A stretch of DNA of 37,735 nucleotides, from assembly GCA_037133255.1 (NCBI GenBank), contig JBAXON010000003.1, positions 1 to 37,735 on the forward strand, in the 5' to 3' direction. Position numbers and translations under genes: made by a program. The notes beneath the pieces are model-generated. The model ran no database searches. It was given only the letters and a program-made list of their open reading frames with translations, and was not told the DNA's origin. Below are positions 10,241-19,182 of this stretch, piece by piece. Source of the DNA: Deltaproteobacteria bacterium. Its GTDB lineage: Bacteria; Desulfobacterota; Syntrophia; Syntrophales; Smithellaceae. Every line of letters starts with the position of its first letter. Positions within the stretch are counted from its first letter, which is position 1.

Positions 10241-12280
10241 ATGGTAAAGCACACTATTTCCAAATTCACACTTTTTAGCCGCTGGATTCAAAAGTATTCC
10301 TGGCGGCTGATTATATCTATGCTTATCGCTGCGGCAATATTAGCGATTGCCAGTTTGTTTTTAATACTTCTTGGCAAGCCCTCTGAGCAAGATACTCTCT
10401 TTAATATTGCTCAATTTTTAGCAGCATGCGCTACCATCTTAGCAACCATACAAGGGTTTTGGAAACAAATTCGGGGAAAATACGATTTGATTCGTATGCA
10501 ACAGACCTCCGGCCATATCGTTATTTGTGGCCTTGGTGATAAAGGCATGCGTCTTATGAACATATTTACAGAAAAAGGATTCAGGGTAGTTATTATAGAA
10601 GCACAAAAGAATCATCCTGATATTGCAGGTTGCAGGGAACGGAATGTCGTGGTGATGATTGGCGATGCAGCAGATGGTGTTGTGCTGGACGAAGCAAATA
10701 CTGCCGAGGCTAAGTATTTATTCGCTGTTTCCGGAGATGATAACACGAATATTAATATAGCTCACCAGGCGAAAAATCTGGCAGAGGCCGGACACAAAGT
10801 GGATGAAAAGATTTTTCTGCGCTGTTATGTGCATATTGCCAGATCAAGCCTGCGGAACATTTTTGCCTGCCATGAACTATTTGCAAAAACTTATGACTAT
10901 TTTAATGCCGGTATATTCAATGTCTATGAAACTTCTGCCAGAGTGATGTTTGAAAAATATCCTCCTGATTTTTATGCAGGCCGGCAAAATATCTCAAACG
11001 ATACCATCCCCATTGTGGTTATAGGCTTTGGCATAATGGGCGAAAATATAGTTAAGCAGGCTGCACGCATAGGTCATTATGCCCAGTGGACAAAGCTTGG
11101 AATTTCCATAGTTGACCATAATATAAAGGAACGTTTTGAAAAATTTATTGCTTTATATGGTGATGCTAAAACTCCACCTTCTTTCGCTGTACCGGACGTC
11201 AGCTTAAATTTTGTTGACCGTGACCCGGAATGCCTGTTGTCATCAGCCAATATCATAGGCACAGATGGCCTTCAACCGGTTGCCATATATATTGCTGTGG
11301 ATGACGATTCAATTGGTATTTCTCTTGCTCTCCGGGTGCGCAGAGTGCTTGGTTCAGATGCCACGCCGGTAATAGTCTGCATGCGTTCTTCTCTATCAGA
11401 ACTTATAAAAGGAAAAGAAGCTCAATTTATAGTAGATCAAAATATTCATGGTTTCAATATACATGACGCTGCCTGTGGCTATCAGGTATTGATAGAAGAG
11501 ATTACGGACGAGCTTGCGCAAGCCATTCATTCGGCATACGTCAATGCTCAGATTCTATTCACGAAAGATGATTTTACCAAAAGCACGCCACTTAGCTTGT
11601 TGCAATCTGTAGTTCAGGATGTTCCAATCATGCAGGATATTGATGAACAAAACCCTATAGATTCTCTTAATCAAATTATGAAGAAGCCTGATCTTTACGA
11701 TCGTCTTTGTGAGAAGCACAGAGATGTTTTAACGCCAAAGATAAAAAGACAAGTTGCCAAAACTAAACATTTACGAAACAAAACGTTTGATAGGCTTTCA
11801 GTGACGGGACAAGCGCAGATATTGATTCTTAATGCATACATGCTTGACGATACCTACCCCCAATTCTATCCCGCCAAAAAAAGAGAAAATACTGCCCTCG
11901 CGGCGTGGGAAGATTTGAACGAAATTATGAAGGATGCAAACCGCTGGTCTGCTGACCATCTATCGGTTAAGCTTCGCTCCATTGGGTTTGATGGTCGGGA
12001 CTTATCAATCTTTGATAAAGTTGCAAACGATCCCGAATTTTTTGAAAAATTATCCGAGATGGAACATCGCCGATGGATGGCTGAAAGACTTATGGACGGA
12101 TGGAGCTATGGACCAAAAAGAGACAGTAGGAAAAAGATTCATGATCTTCTAATCCCCTATGGACAGCTTGCAGTTGAGGAAAAAAACAAGGATAAAGATA
12201 TGATTCGAAATATCAAAAGCATGGTGACAGGCACGGGATGGAAGGAACATCTCAATTTTTTCAAGAATAGCTTAGCCTGA
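10241..12280 (+). CDS. Membrane protein with two TrkA-N-like NAD-binding domains and C-terminal RyR repeats
   Basis: Two N-terminal hydrophobic helices; HIVICGLGDKG and IVVIGFGIMG GxGxxG motifs; RyR signatures LAQAIH, WEDL....KDANR..ADH and EHRRWMAERLMDGWSYG..RD..KKIH..LIPY..L...EK.KD. Alternative TTG start at 10199. Confidence 0.85.
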   Translation: MVKHTISKFTLFSRWIQKYSWRLIISMLIAAAILAIASLFLILLGKPSEQDTLFNIAQFLAACATILATIQGFWKQIRGKYDLIRMQQTSGHIVICGLGDKGMRLMNIFTEKGFRVVIIEAQKNHPDIAGCRERNVVVMIGDAADGVVLDEANTAEAKYLFAVSGDDNTNINIAHQAKNLAEAGHKVDEKIFLRCYVHIARSSLRNIFACHELFAKTYDYFNAGIFNVYETSARVMFEKYPPDFYAGRQNISNDTIPIVVIGFGIMGENIVKQAARIGHYAQWTKLGISIVDHNIKERFEKFIALYGDAKTPPSFAVPDVSLNFVDRDPECLLSSANIIGTDGLQPVAIYIAVDDDSIGISLALRVRRVLGSDATPVIVCMRSSLSELIKGKEAQFIVDQNIHGFNIHDAACGYQVLIEEITDELAQAIHSAYVNAQILFTKDDFTKSTPLSLLQSVVQDVPIMQDIDEQNPIDSLNQIMKKPDLYDRLCEKHRDVLTPKIKRQVAKTKHLRNKTFDRLSVTGQAQILILNAYMLDDTYPQFYPAKKRENTALAAWEDLNEIMKDANRWSADHLSVKLRSIGFDGRDLSIFDKVANDPEFFEKLSEMEHRRWMAERLMDGWSYGPKRDSRKKIHDLLIPYGQLAVEEKNKDKDMIRNIKSMVTGTGWKEHLNFFKNSLA

Positions 12281-12339
12281 CCTTTGGGAAAAGCAAAGTT
12301 TGTACATTAATTGTTAGATCTTCATTTCTGTATCCGTCT

Positions 12340-12675
12340 TTAAGAAATAGCGTCAGCGTCCCCTAAAGGTTTCCCACATTCCCGACACTTTCCATTGGAA
12401 CCAATCGTGCCAATGCAGGATTCATCGCTACACAAAACCCTCTTTTCCCATTCCTCATCGCAGGCGGGATCGTCGGCATTCTTTTTGAAATCATCTGCTG
12501 GTTTGGCCTGCGCCTCATTTTTATCGAGAGCGGCGGCGGGATTCAGGGAACCGTCAAAAGGCTTCCCACATTCGCGGCAGCGGCCATCAGGGCCAATTGT
12601 TCCTACGCAACTCTCATCGATACAGAGAGTTCTTTTATCCCAGTCTTCATTTTTATCAAAGATTAGTTCTGTCAT
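12340..12675 (-). CDS. Small protein with two Cys-rich repeats (putative metal-binding ribbons)
   Basis: Two copies of W.KR.LC.DESC.GTIG..G.CRECGKP; start could be 12675 (ATG) or 12690. Confidence 0.75.
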   Translation of the reverse strand: MTELIFDKNEDWDKRTLCIDESCVGTIGPDGRCRECGKPFDGSLNPAAALDKNEAQAKPADDFKKNADDPACDEEWEKRVLCSDESCIGTIGSNGKCRECGKPLGDADAIS

Positions 12676-12766
12676 TTTTTTCTCCGGCAATTAATTGGGA
12701 ATTTCCATATAACAACCGCGCATATTTTTCCAGCGCCAAAATGAAATTTGAAGCGTATAAATATTA

Positions 12767-13444
12767 TCAGCGGCTGAGGACGACACCCACCCGATCACAA
12801 TATTTAAATACCTTGCATTGAGAACAAAGTGGAGAGACCGGTTTGCAGGTCTTTCTGCCGAAGGCGACCATAATGGTATTGTAAATTATCCAATGCTGAT
12901 GAGGCAGCTTGGCGCGCAGGGCAAATTCCGTTTCATCCGGCATTTTTGTTCTCACATATCCTAAACGGTTGGAAATTCGATGAACGTGAGTGTCCACGCA
13001 AATGCCTTCTTTGCCGTACGCAAGAGACACTACCAGATTGGCAGTTTTTCGGCCAACTCCCTTGATGCTCAATAATTCATCGAGATCATCAGGCACTTGG
13101 GAATGGAAGCGCTTAATCAAGTCTTTGCAGACCGAGTGAATCGTGCGGGCTTTGACATTGTAGAATCCCACAGGAAAGATCGCTCGGGCGATTTTTGCCT
13201 GAGGGACTTTCAGCATTTCTTCAGGAGTTCCTGCCAGCGCAAAGAGTCTATCTGTTGCCACGGCCGTAACTTCGTCTTTGGTGCGCAGGCTAAGGAGTGT
13301 GGAAATCAGGATCATAAAAGGATCGTGCTGATCTTCCGCCAGATGAGAAACAACAGGCATGATGCCCACAGCCAGCTCTTTTTTCAGAATTTTGATAACA
13401 TTATTGATTTTTATATTATCCATAACAATCCATAAACATATCAT
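12767..13444 (-). CDS. nth: Endonuclease III
   Basis: HhH motif IKGVGRKTANLV, VDTHVHRISNRLG and C-x6-C-x2-C-x5-C Fe-S loop; the true start may be a few codons downstream. Confidence 0.93.
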   Translation of the reverse strand: MICLWIVMDNIKINNVIKILKKELAVGIMPVVSHLAEDQHDPFMILISTLLSLRTKDEVTAVATDRLFALAGTPEEMLKVPQAKIARAIFPVGFYNVKARTIHSVCKDLIKRFHSQVPDDLDELLSIKGVGRKTANLVVSLAYGKEGICVDTHVHRISNRLGYVRTKMPDETEFALRAKLPHQHWIIYNTIMVAFGRKTCKPVSPLCSQCKVFKYCDRVGVVLSR

Positions 13445-13561
13445 ATCAGAATCAAGGCCAAAGGCCAGTAATTATTCGCCTTCATTTTCCCTTGACATAG
13501 ACTCTTTATTCTTATAATTCCAACTTTCATCCTTTGCAGGCATTTGATGGAGTGAGTTATA

Positions 13562-13846
13562 ATGCAAAAAAAGAAACAATATAGTGTTAATCAATCAGCC
13601 GACGCTGATAAACGAAGAGGCCGGCAAGGCCATGTCATCGTGATTGAAGACCGTTGCAAGGGATGCGGCTTTTGCATTGCCAATTGTCCACGGCAGGTTT
13701 TAAGTTTTTCATCTGTTTTCAACACAAAAGGTTATCACCTGCCCGAGGTGGTTGATGCCTCTAAATGCGTTAACTGCCATTTCTGTGAAATTCTCTGTCC
13801 CGATTTTGCCATTTACAGCGTGGCATTAAGTGACATAAACGATTGA
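13562..13846 (+). CDS. korD: 2x[4Fe-4S] ferredoxin, delta subunit of 2-oxoacid:ferredoxin oxidoreductase
   Basis: CKGCGFCIANCP and CVNCHFCEILCP motifs; first gene of the OFOR operon. Confidence 0.85.
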   Translation: MQKKKQYSVNQSADADKRRGRQGHVIVIEDRCKGCGFCIANCPRQVLSFSSVFNTKGYHLPEVVDASKCVNCHFCEILCPDFAIYSVALSDIND

Positions 13847-13865
13847 TGCATAAAGGAGACTTGTT

Positions 13866-15026
13866 TTGTTTGCAAAAGCGGTATTAACAGGAACTCATTT
13901 TATCAATGGCGATCAAGCCTGCTGCGAGGGAGCGCTTGCTGCCGGCTGCCGTTTTTTTGCCGGCTATCCCATAACACCGGCAACAGAGGTTGCCGAATCC
14001 ATATCCCGACGACTGCCGGAATTAGGCGGCATCTATATTCAGATGGAAGATGAAATAGCGTCTATGGCGGCAATTCTTGGCGCAAGCTGGGGAGGAGTTA
14101 AGTCCATGACCAGCACATCCGGCCCGGGATTTTCTTTGATGATGGAAAACATCGGCCTGGGTATTTGCACGGAAACGCCCTGCGTGATTTGTAACGTCCA
14201 GCGTGCCGGCCCCAGTACGGGCTTGCCGACTCTTGTGGCTCAGGGCGATATGATGCAGGCGCGCTGGGGCTCGCACGGCCATTATGAAATAATTGCTCTG
14301 TCACCGGCAAGCCCTCAGGAAATGTTTGATTTTACGATACGCGCTTTCAATCTCAGTGAACAGTTTAGAATTCCTGTGATCATTCTGGCTGATGAAGTGG
14401 TAGGTCACATGAATGAAAGGGTGATTATACCGAGCGAGGAAGAAATTGAAATTATCGACAGACGCAAGCCCACGGTTTCCCGCGAAGAGTATCTCCCGTA
14501 TAAGGCGGATGCCGATGGCATCGCTCCTATGGCCAACTGCGGTGACGGCTATCGTATTCATATAACTGGACTTACCCACGATGAACGCGGCTATCCATCT
14601 ATGGATGCCAAAGGACAGGAAAATATGGTCAAACGCCTGGTGGGGAAAATCCGCAATAACCGCGAAAAAATCATCAGCACGAAAAACCTCTTTTTAGATG
14701 ACGCGGAAGTGATCGTTGTGGCCTACGGCATCAGCGCCAGGTCCGCCATGCAAGCAGTGCGCGATGCCAGAAAAAAGGGGGTTAAGGCAGGATTAATCAA
14801 GCTCGAAACTATCTGGCCGTTTCCGGAAGAATTAATTCGTTCCATTGCGCCTCAAGCGCGGGCATTGATTATGCCGGAGATCAACGGCGGTCAAATGGTT
14901 CTGGAAGTGGAGCGTGCCGCCCGAGGCGCCTGTCCGGTTTCGCTTGTATCTAATTATGGCGGCGCGATTATTCATCCTGATTTGATTTTCGCCGCAATTG
15001 ATAAGGCCGCAAAGGGGAAAGCATGA
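13866..15026 (+). CDS. korA: 2-oxoacid:ferredoxin oxidoreductase alpha subunit
   Basis: AGYPITPATE, QMEDEIAS, TSGPGFSLMME and QRAGPSTGLPT motifs. Confidence 0.92.
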   Translation: MFAKAVLTGTHFINGDQACCEGALAAGCRFFAGYPITPATEVAESISRRLPELGGIYIQMEDEIASMAAILGASWGGVKSMTSTSGPGFSLMMENIGLGICTETPCVICNVQRAGPSTGLPTLVAQGDMMQARWGSHGHYEIIALSPASPQEMFDFTIRAFNLSEQFRIPVIILADEVVGHMNERVIIPSEEEIEIIDRRKPTVSREEYLPYKADADGIAPMANCGDGYRIHITGLTHDERGYPSMDAKGQENMVKRLVGKIRNNREKIISTKNLFLDDAEVIVVAYGISARSAMQAVRDARKKGVKAGLIKLETIWPFPEELIRSIAPQARALIMPEINGGQMVLEVERAARGACPVSLVSNYGGAIIHPDLIFAAIDKAAKGKA

Positions 15027-15895
15027 CAACGCAAAAGAATATTCCGCCGCATCCAATGGATTCGCTCTTGCGAACCGAAAGAATTCCGCACATCTGGTGT
15101 CCCGGTTGTGGTATCGGCACCGTTTTCGGCGCAGTTCTTGCCGCCATTAAAAATACCGGCTGGGATCCTAATCAGATAGCCATGGTTTCTGGAATCGGTT
15201 GCACAGGGCGTATGGCCGGTTATATCAAGCTTGATTCTTTTCACACAACCCATGGCCGGGCCATTCCTTTTGCCACCGGCCTGAAATTGGCCAGACCGGA
15301 TACTAAAGTTATCGTCGTATCCGGCGATGGCGATCTTTTTGCCATTGGCGGCAATCATTTCATTCATGCCGCCCGCCGGAATGTGGATATTACCGTGATC
15401 TGTGTCAACAATCTAAATTATGGCATGACCGGAGGCCAGCAGGCGCCAAGCACGCCGCTGGGCGCTAAAACCACAACAACGGTTAATGGTTCGCCGGAAG
15501 AGCCTTTCAATTTTTGCTATCTTGCTTCCGCCTGCGGCGCGACTTATGTAGCCCGATGGACGGCTATGCAGGTTCGGTCGCTGCGCAGTTCAATTACGGA
15601 GGCCATGCAAAAACGGGGCTTTACTTTTGTCGAAGTTATTACACCCTGTCCTTCGTCATTCGGTCGCCGCAACAGAATGGGCAGCGCGCTCGAGATGCTG
15701 AAATTTTATCACGGCCGATCGGTTATTCGCGGTGATATTGATCCGAAGGATGCCTCCATGGATATTGATAAAGAAATAGTCGTAGGCAAGTTTGTTGATA
15801 TTGAAAGGCCGACATTCATGGATCATTATGAGAATGCCAATCGACACCAGATGCCGAATTGGCGCATGCATCCCGATAACCAGAAAGAACGGTGA
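15023..15895 (+). CDS. korB: 2-oxoacid:ferredoxin oxidoreductase beta subunit (TPP-binding)
   Basis: WCPGCG, SGIGC, HGRA and GDGD...NN.NYGMTGGQ motifs; ATGA overlap with the alpha gene. Confidence 0.92.
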   Translation: MTTQKNIPPHPMDSLLRTERIPHIWCPGCGIGTVFGAVLAAIKNTGWDPNQIAMVSGIGCTGRMAGYIKLDSFHTTHGRAIPFATGLKLARPDTKVIVVSGDGDLFAIGGNHFIHAARRNVDITVICVNNLNYGMTGGQQAPSTPLGAKTTTTVNGSPEEPFNFCYLASACGATYVARWTAMQVRSLRSSITEAMQKRGFTFVEVITPCPSSFGRRNRMGSALEMLKFYHGRSVIRGDIDPKDASMDIDKEIVVGKFVDIERPTFMDHYENANRHQMPNWRMHPDNQKER

Positions 15896-16452
15896 GCCAG
15901 ATGAAAACTCAAAAAGAAAGGCATATTTTAATAACCGGTTTCGGCGGTCAGGGGATTGTTATGGCCGGTGATATTTTGGGAAAAGCCGCGGCTATCTTCG
16001 ATCACAAACATGCCACCATGACTCAGAACTACGGCCCGGAAGCGCGAGGAGGTGCATGCACAAGTCAGGTAATTATCGGTCCGGAGGAGATTCTTTTCCC
16101 CTGTATTGAACAGCCGGAAATTCTTGTCTGCATGAGTCAGGAAGCCTATACGAAAAACATCAAATCATTGCGCCCGGATGGCACGCTCATTTGGGACACA
16201 GACCTTGTCCATACCAAAAAAGGCGAGAACAATTTCAAGCTGTATAATATTCCCGCGACGCGCTTTGCCGAACAACTGGGGACCAAAATGATGGCTAATA
16301 TAGTTATGCTGGGATTCCTTTGCGCGGTAGAAAATCTGGTTCATGCCGACGCGCTGCGAAAGTCTATCTTAGATTCAGTACCCGCGCCAACCAAAGACAA
16401 AAATATCGATGCCTTCAATATGGGCAGAGAATACGGCAACTCAAATATTTGA
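15892..16452 (+). CDS. korC: 2-oxoacid:ferredoxin oxidoreductase gamma subunit
   Basis: GFGGQGI, YGPEARGG and NIVMLG motifs. Confidence 0.9.
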   Translation: MSQMKTQKERHILITGFGGQGIVMAGDILGKAAAIFDHKHATMTQNYGPEARGGACTSQVIIGPEEILFPCIEQPEILVCMSQEAYTKNIKSLRPDGTLIWDTDLVHTKKGENNFKLYNIPATRFAEQLGTKMMANIVMLGFLCAVENLVHADALRKSILDSVPAPTKDKNIDAFNMGREYGNSNI

Positions 16453-16574
16453 AACCATTTCGATTTCAAAGGATAACGAGGCGGCAAGAAGGAGGAGACG
16501 AGACGTATTATACATACGTTGAGGAAACCGACGACGCAGCCAACAAAGTTAGCCAAAGAAAGCGAAATGGTTTC
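16451..16574. mobile_element. MITE-like 124-bp element with terminal inverted repeats
   Basis: GAAACCATTTCG (16451-16462) / CGAAATGGTTTC (16563-16574), extending imperfectly to ~27 bp; central hairpin ACGTAT-N5-ATACGT; fills the gap between convergent genes. Confidence 0.65.
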
Positions 16575-17434
16575 TAGTTGTAGCCTTCATCATAGGCTAT
16601 CATATCCAAATGCAAGGTGGCAATATCCTCGACATCAAGGTCAACTTCTTCAGTGGTATCAGGTAAATCAACCATTTTTATATAACGCCGGCATTTATTG
16701 CACACATCCACCCGATAGCGCTCTTCACCCTCTACCGCGAAATATGCCAGCGAATGCTGTTCTTCGTTGCCGCAGAAAGGGCATTTAATCCTCCGGAAAT
16801 ACCATTTAAATCCGCATTGATGACAAAAGAGATACCGTTCTCCTTCATCTCCGTTTCGAATTTCTCCGATCTTTGGTTCTTTGCCGCAAATAGGACAGTA
16901 TCCTTCCGTCCAGTGCGATTTATCTACAACCTGCCCGTATTTCTCGGCAACGCATTCCAATTCCGGCCTTAGGCTTTCTTCAAGAAACAGATCAATTAAA
17001 TCCAGCTGATCTTCAGACTCAGAGCCTGGTTTCAGGCTTTCTACTATCGGCTCTTCTTGCGTGTGGTCAAATGAAGCACGGACCATTTTCTCCCAGTCGA
17101 ATTGCTTATCGTTAATAATTTTGATAATATTTTTTGATTCTTCAGGCATTCTTTTTTCGGCAATGGAAATTAAAGAATAAAAGTATTCCTTTGGTCGGAC
17201 TAAATCATATTTGTTGCCTGTAAAGTCGATCAGAGGCAGCCCTCCCTCCATTTTTTGGCTGATCACATTTTCATTTACCGTGAAAATCGAGCTTTGCATG
17301 TTGTGACGGTATTGTTCCCGCAGAATTAAAATTTCTCCCAATATTTCCAAAAGATCTGTGTAATGAGGATTTGTAGATTTGTAATCCTCTATTGTTTTTA
17401 AAGACTTACGCAGTGTTGCAGCCATTACTTTCAA
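16574..17434 (-). CDS. fdhE: Formate dehydrogenase accessory protein FdhE
   Basis: CPICG, RYLFCHQCG..W...RIKCPFCG and VDVCNKCRRYIK motifs, plus the LHLD..A tail. Confidence 0.88.
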   Translation of the reverse strand: MKVMAATLRKSLKTIEDYKSTNPHYTDLLEILGEILILREQYRHNMQSSIFTVNENVISQKMEGGLPLIDFTGNKYDLVRPKEYFYSLISIAEKRMPEESKNIIKIINDKQFDWEKMVRASFDHTQEEPIVESLKPGSESEDQLDLIDLFLEESLRPELECVAEKYGQVVDKSHWTEGYCPICGKEPKIGEIRNGDEGERYLFCHQCGFKWYFRRIKCPFCGNEEQHSLAYFAVEGEERYRVDVCNKCRRYIKMVDLPDTTEEVDLDVEDIATLHLDMIAYDEGYN

Positions 17435-17568
17435 CTCCTTAAAGCTTTTTTAATTTTCGATAATCAGGCTATATCCGCTTTCGACATCATGTTCAAGGGA
17501 TATTTCCTGAGAGCAAAATACTCTAACTTTGCGGGGAAATGAAGTTTGAGTACTAATTGATAGACCGG

Positions 17569-17709
17569 ATGCCGCAAAATGCTACATGGGATGATTTGCT
17601 GCGCGCGATGTACGTCCGCGAAGTGATTGAGCAAGGACTGGCCGATAGCAATGAAGGCCGGACAAAGGATATAAAAGAGACACTAGCAAAGTACGGATTA
17701 TTAATTTAA
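17569..17709 (+). pseudogene. Orphan, N-terminally eroded antitoxin-like ORF (46 aa)
   Basis: Manual translation MPQNATWDDLLRAMYVREVIEQGLADSNEGRTKDIKETLAKYGLLI resembles small antitoxins found upstream of RelE/ParE toxins; an upstream LIDR lies in another frame; no toxin gene follows. Confidence 0.5.
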
Positions 17710-17718
17710 GCTATTTAT

Positions 17719-18060
17719 TTATCGTATCGGATAAATAATGCGAAGTAGCATCAAAACATTTTGTAATTTTTCAACCGACAACGTTTTAATAATTTTCGCA
17801 ATGCGGCTTTCCAATTCTTTTTGATCTGATATTTCTCGCTCGAAGCGCAGAATTTCCGGAAGTTCAACATCTAAAGTTGTCGCAATCTTAACCAGCACCT
17901 TAAATGATGGATTCATATTGCCGCGTTCAATTTCGCCAATGAATTTATAATCCACATCTGCTCGGTGCCCCAGTTCCTGTTGAGTCAATCCTTTGGCTGT
18001 TCGCAGTGTCCGGATACGCCTGCCTAGAAGAATGCTATGTTGGTCTTTAATCTTTTTCAT
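17719..18060 (-). CDS. XRE-family helix-turn-helix regulator
   Basis: LGRRIRTLRTAKGLTQQELG...IGEIERG..NPS motif. Confidence 0.92.
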   Translation of the reverse strand: MKKIKDQHSILLGRRIRTLRTAKGLTQQELGHRADVDYKFIGEIERGNMNPSFKVLVKIATTLDVELPEILRFEREISDQKELESRIAKIIKTLSVEKLQNVLMLLRIIYPIR

Positions 18061-18071
18061 AATGACGTATT

Positions 18072-18103
18072 TATACGGATTAATGTTATTATTAAACCGT
18101 ATA
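18072..18103. promoter_or_regulatory. Inverted repeat, candidate XRE operator in the divergent promoter region
   Basis: TATACGGATTAAT-N6-ATTAAACCGTATA (12 of 13 pairs match), ~12 bp upstream of the XRE start. Confidence 0.55.
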
Positions 18104-18309
18104 TAATCGTTATTATTGCTTGACTTACTTAAAATATCTGGTATTTAACCTACAGCTACCGTTAATGTAAGGTCACCAATTATGATTGACCACGATTTTA
18201 ATCTTGCTTTGAATGAATCGGCAATAATGAACCGATAAGATTTTCATGTTGATCTTGTAACTGATTAGTAAGTTAATAGCAGTAAAAAATTCTAACTATC
18301 GGAGGCTTT

Positions 18310-18975
18310 ATGAAAAAGATTGTTTTGTTTGTAGCGGCTGCGTTGCTAGTGTTGTTTTCGCAGGCAGCTTTTGCTGCTGAGAACACAGGTATCTATGTGG
18401 GCATCTCCGGCGGTTATGTTATACCCGCGAAGCTGAACTTATCTAACCCGAATGATGGTAGCTGGAACAACTATGATACAACATTAAATAATGGCTACCT
18501 TGGCGGCGTCAAGGTAGGCTGGAACACCCCTTTTACCAACAGAATCCTGGCTGTGGAATTGGAGTATAACTATATTTATCATACTTTTGATAAAGATAAA
18601 GCAGTTGCAAGTCCTTCGGGGGCCACAACATTCGATGGCACTGTTAACATACATGCCGGTTTTGTAAATTTAAAGGCGCGTTATCCGGAAGGCAGATTCC
18701 ATCCTTATTTCGGGGGCGGCCTGGGTTATAGTTATGTCAAGATAGGAGATATAACAACTGGTCAGAATAATGTAATAAAAGGTGGATCAGGGGGTGCATT
18801 CGCTTACCAGTTTCTGGCCGGTTTGGATTTTGACATAACCCCGAACTTTGGCGTGGGTATCGGCTACAAATACTTGGCTAGTAAACCGACTATTGGCAGC
18901 GCAGGCGACGCTATTTATTCCGTTGCTGACTACAGGGCAAGTATTGTCACTTTAGGTTTGACTTATACATTTTAA
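18310..18975 (+). CDS. Outer-membrane 8-stranded beta-barrel (OmpA/opacity-like)
   Basis: Signal peptide AFA-A, YVGISGGY, PYFGGGLGY, FAYQFLAG, GYKY and terminal YTF. Confidence 0.88.
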   Translation: MKKIVLFVAAALLVLFSQAAFAAENTGIYVGISGGYVIPAKLNLSNPNDGSWNNYDTTLNNGYLGGVKVGWNTPFTNRILAVELEYNYIYHTFDKDKAVASPSGATTFDGTVNIHAGFVNLKARYPEGRFHPYFGGGLGYSYVKIGDITTGQNNVIKGGSGGAFAYQFLAGLDFDITPNFGVGIGYKYLASKPTIGSAGDAIYSVADYRASIVTLGLTYTF

Positions 18976-19053
18976 AGATTGATTAAATCGGACGAGTTTG
19001 ATGCCTACTACGGAGATGATGGTTTTTGTTCACCAGAAAGTATTAACTTTGAG

Positions 19054-19087
19054 GTGACTAGGCATAGGTTCTATTATGCCTAGTCAC
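19054..19087. terminator. 13-bp perfect hairpin after the OMP gene (terminator or stabiliser-like)
   Basis: GTGACTAGGCATA-N8-TATGCCTAGTCAC; only a weak U tract follows. Confidence 0.5.
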
Positions 19088-19117
19088 TCTGTTTATTGAA
19101 TAAGACGGTTCTGTTAT

Positions 19118-19147
19118 CAGGTGAAGCGTAGGCACACGCTTCACCTG
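19118..19147. other. 12-bp perfect hairpin upstream of the Slam gene
   Basis: CAGGTGAAGCGT-N6-ACGCTTCACCTG. Confidence 0.55.
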
Positions 19148-19182
19148 CGAGAGATGTGTATAATATTAATGGAGGGTGTTTT

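Noticed and set aside
10241-10500. Potassium channel call for the TrkA-N/RyR protein
   Set aside because: No TVGYG-like selectivity filter or pore-loop-sized segment between the two hydrophobic helices.
13492-13518. Perfect TTGACA and TATAAT hexamers upstream of korD
   Set aside because: The spacer is only 15 bp, so it cannot be confidently called a sigma70 promoter.
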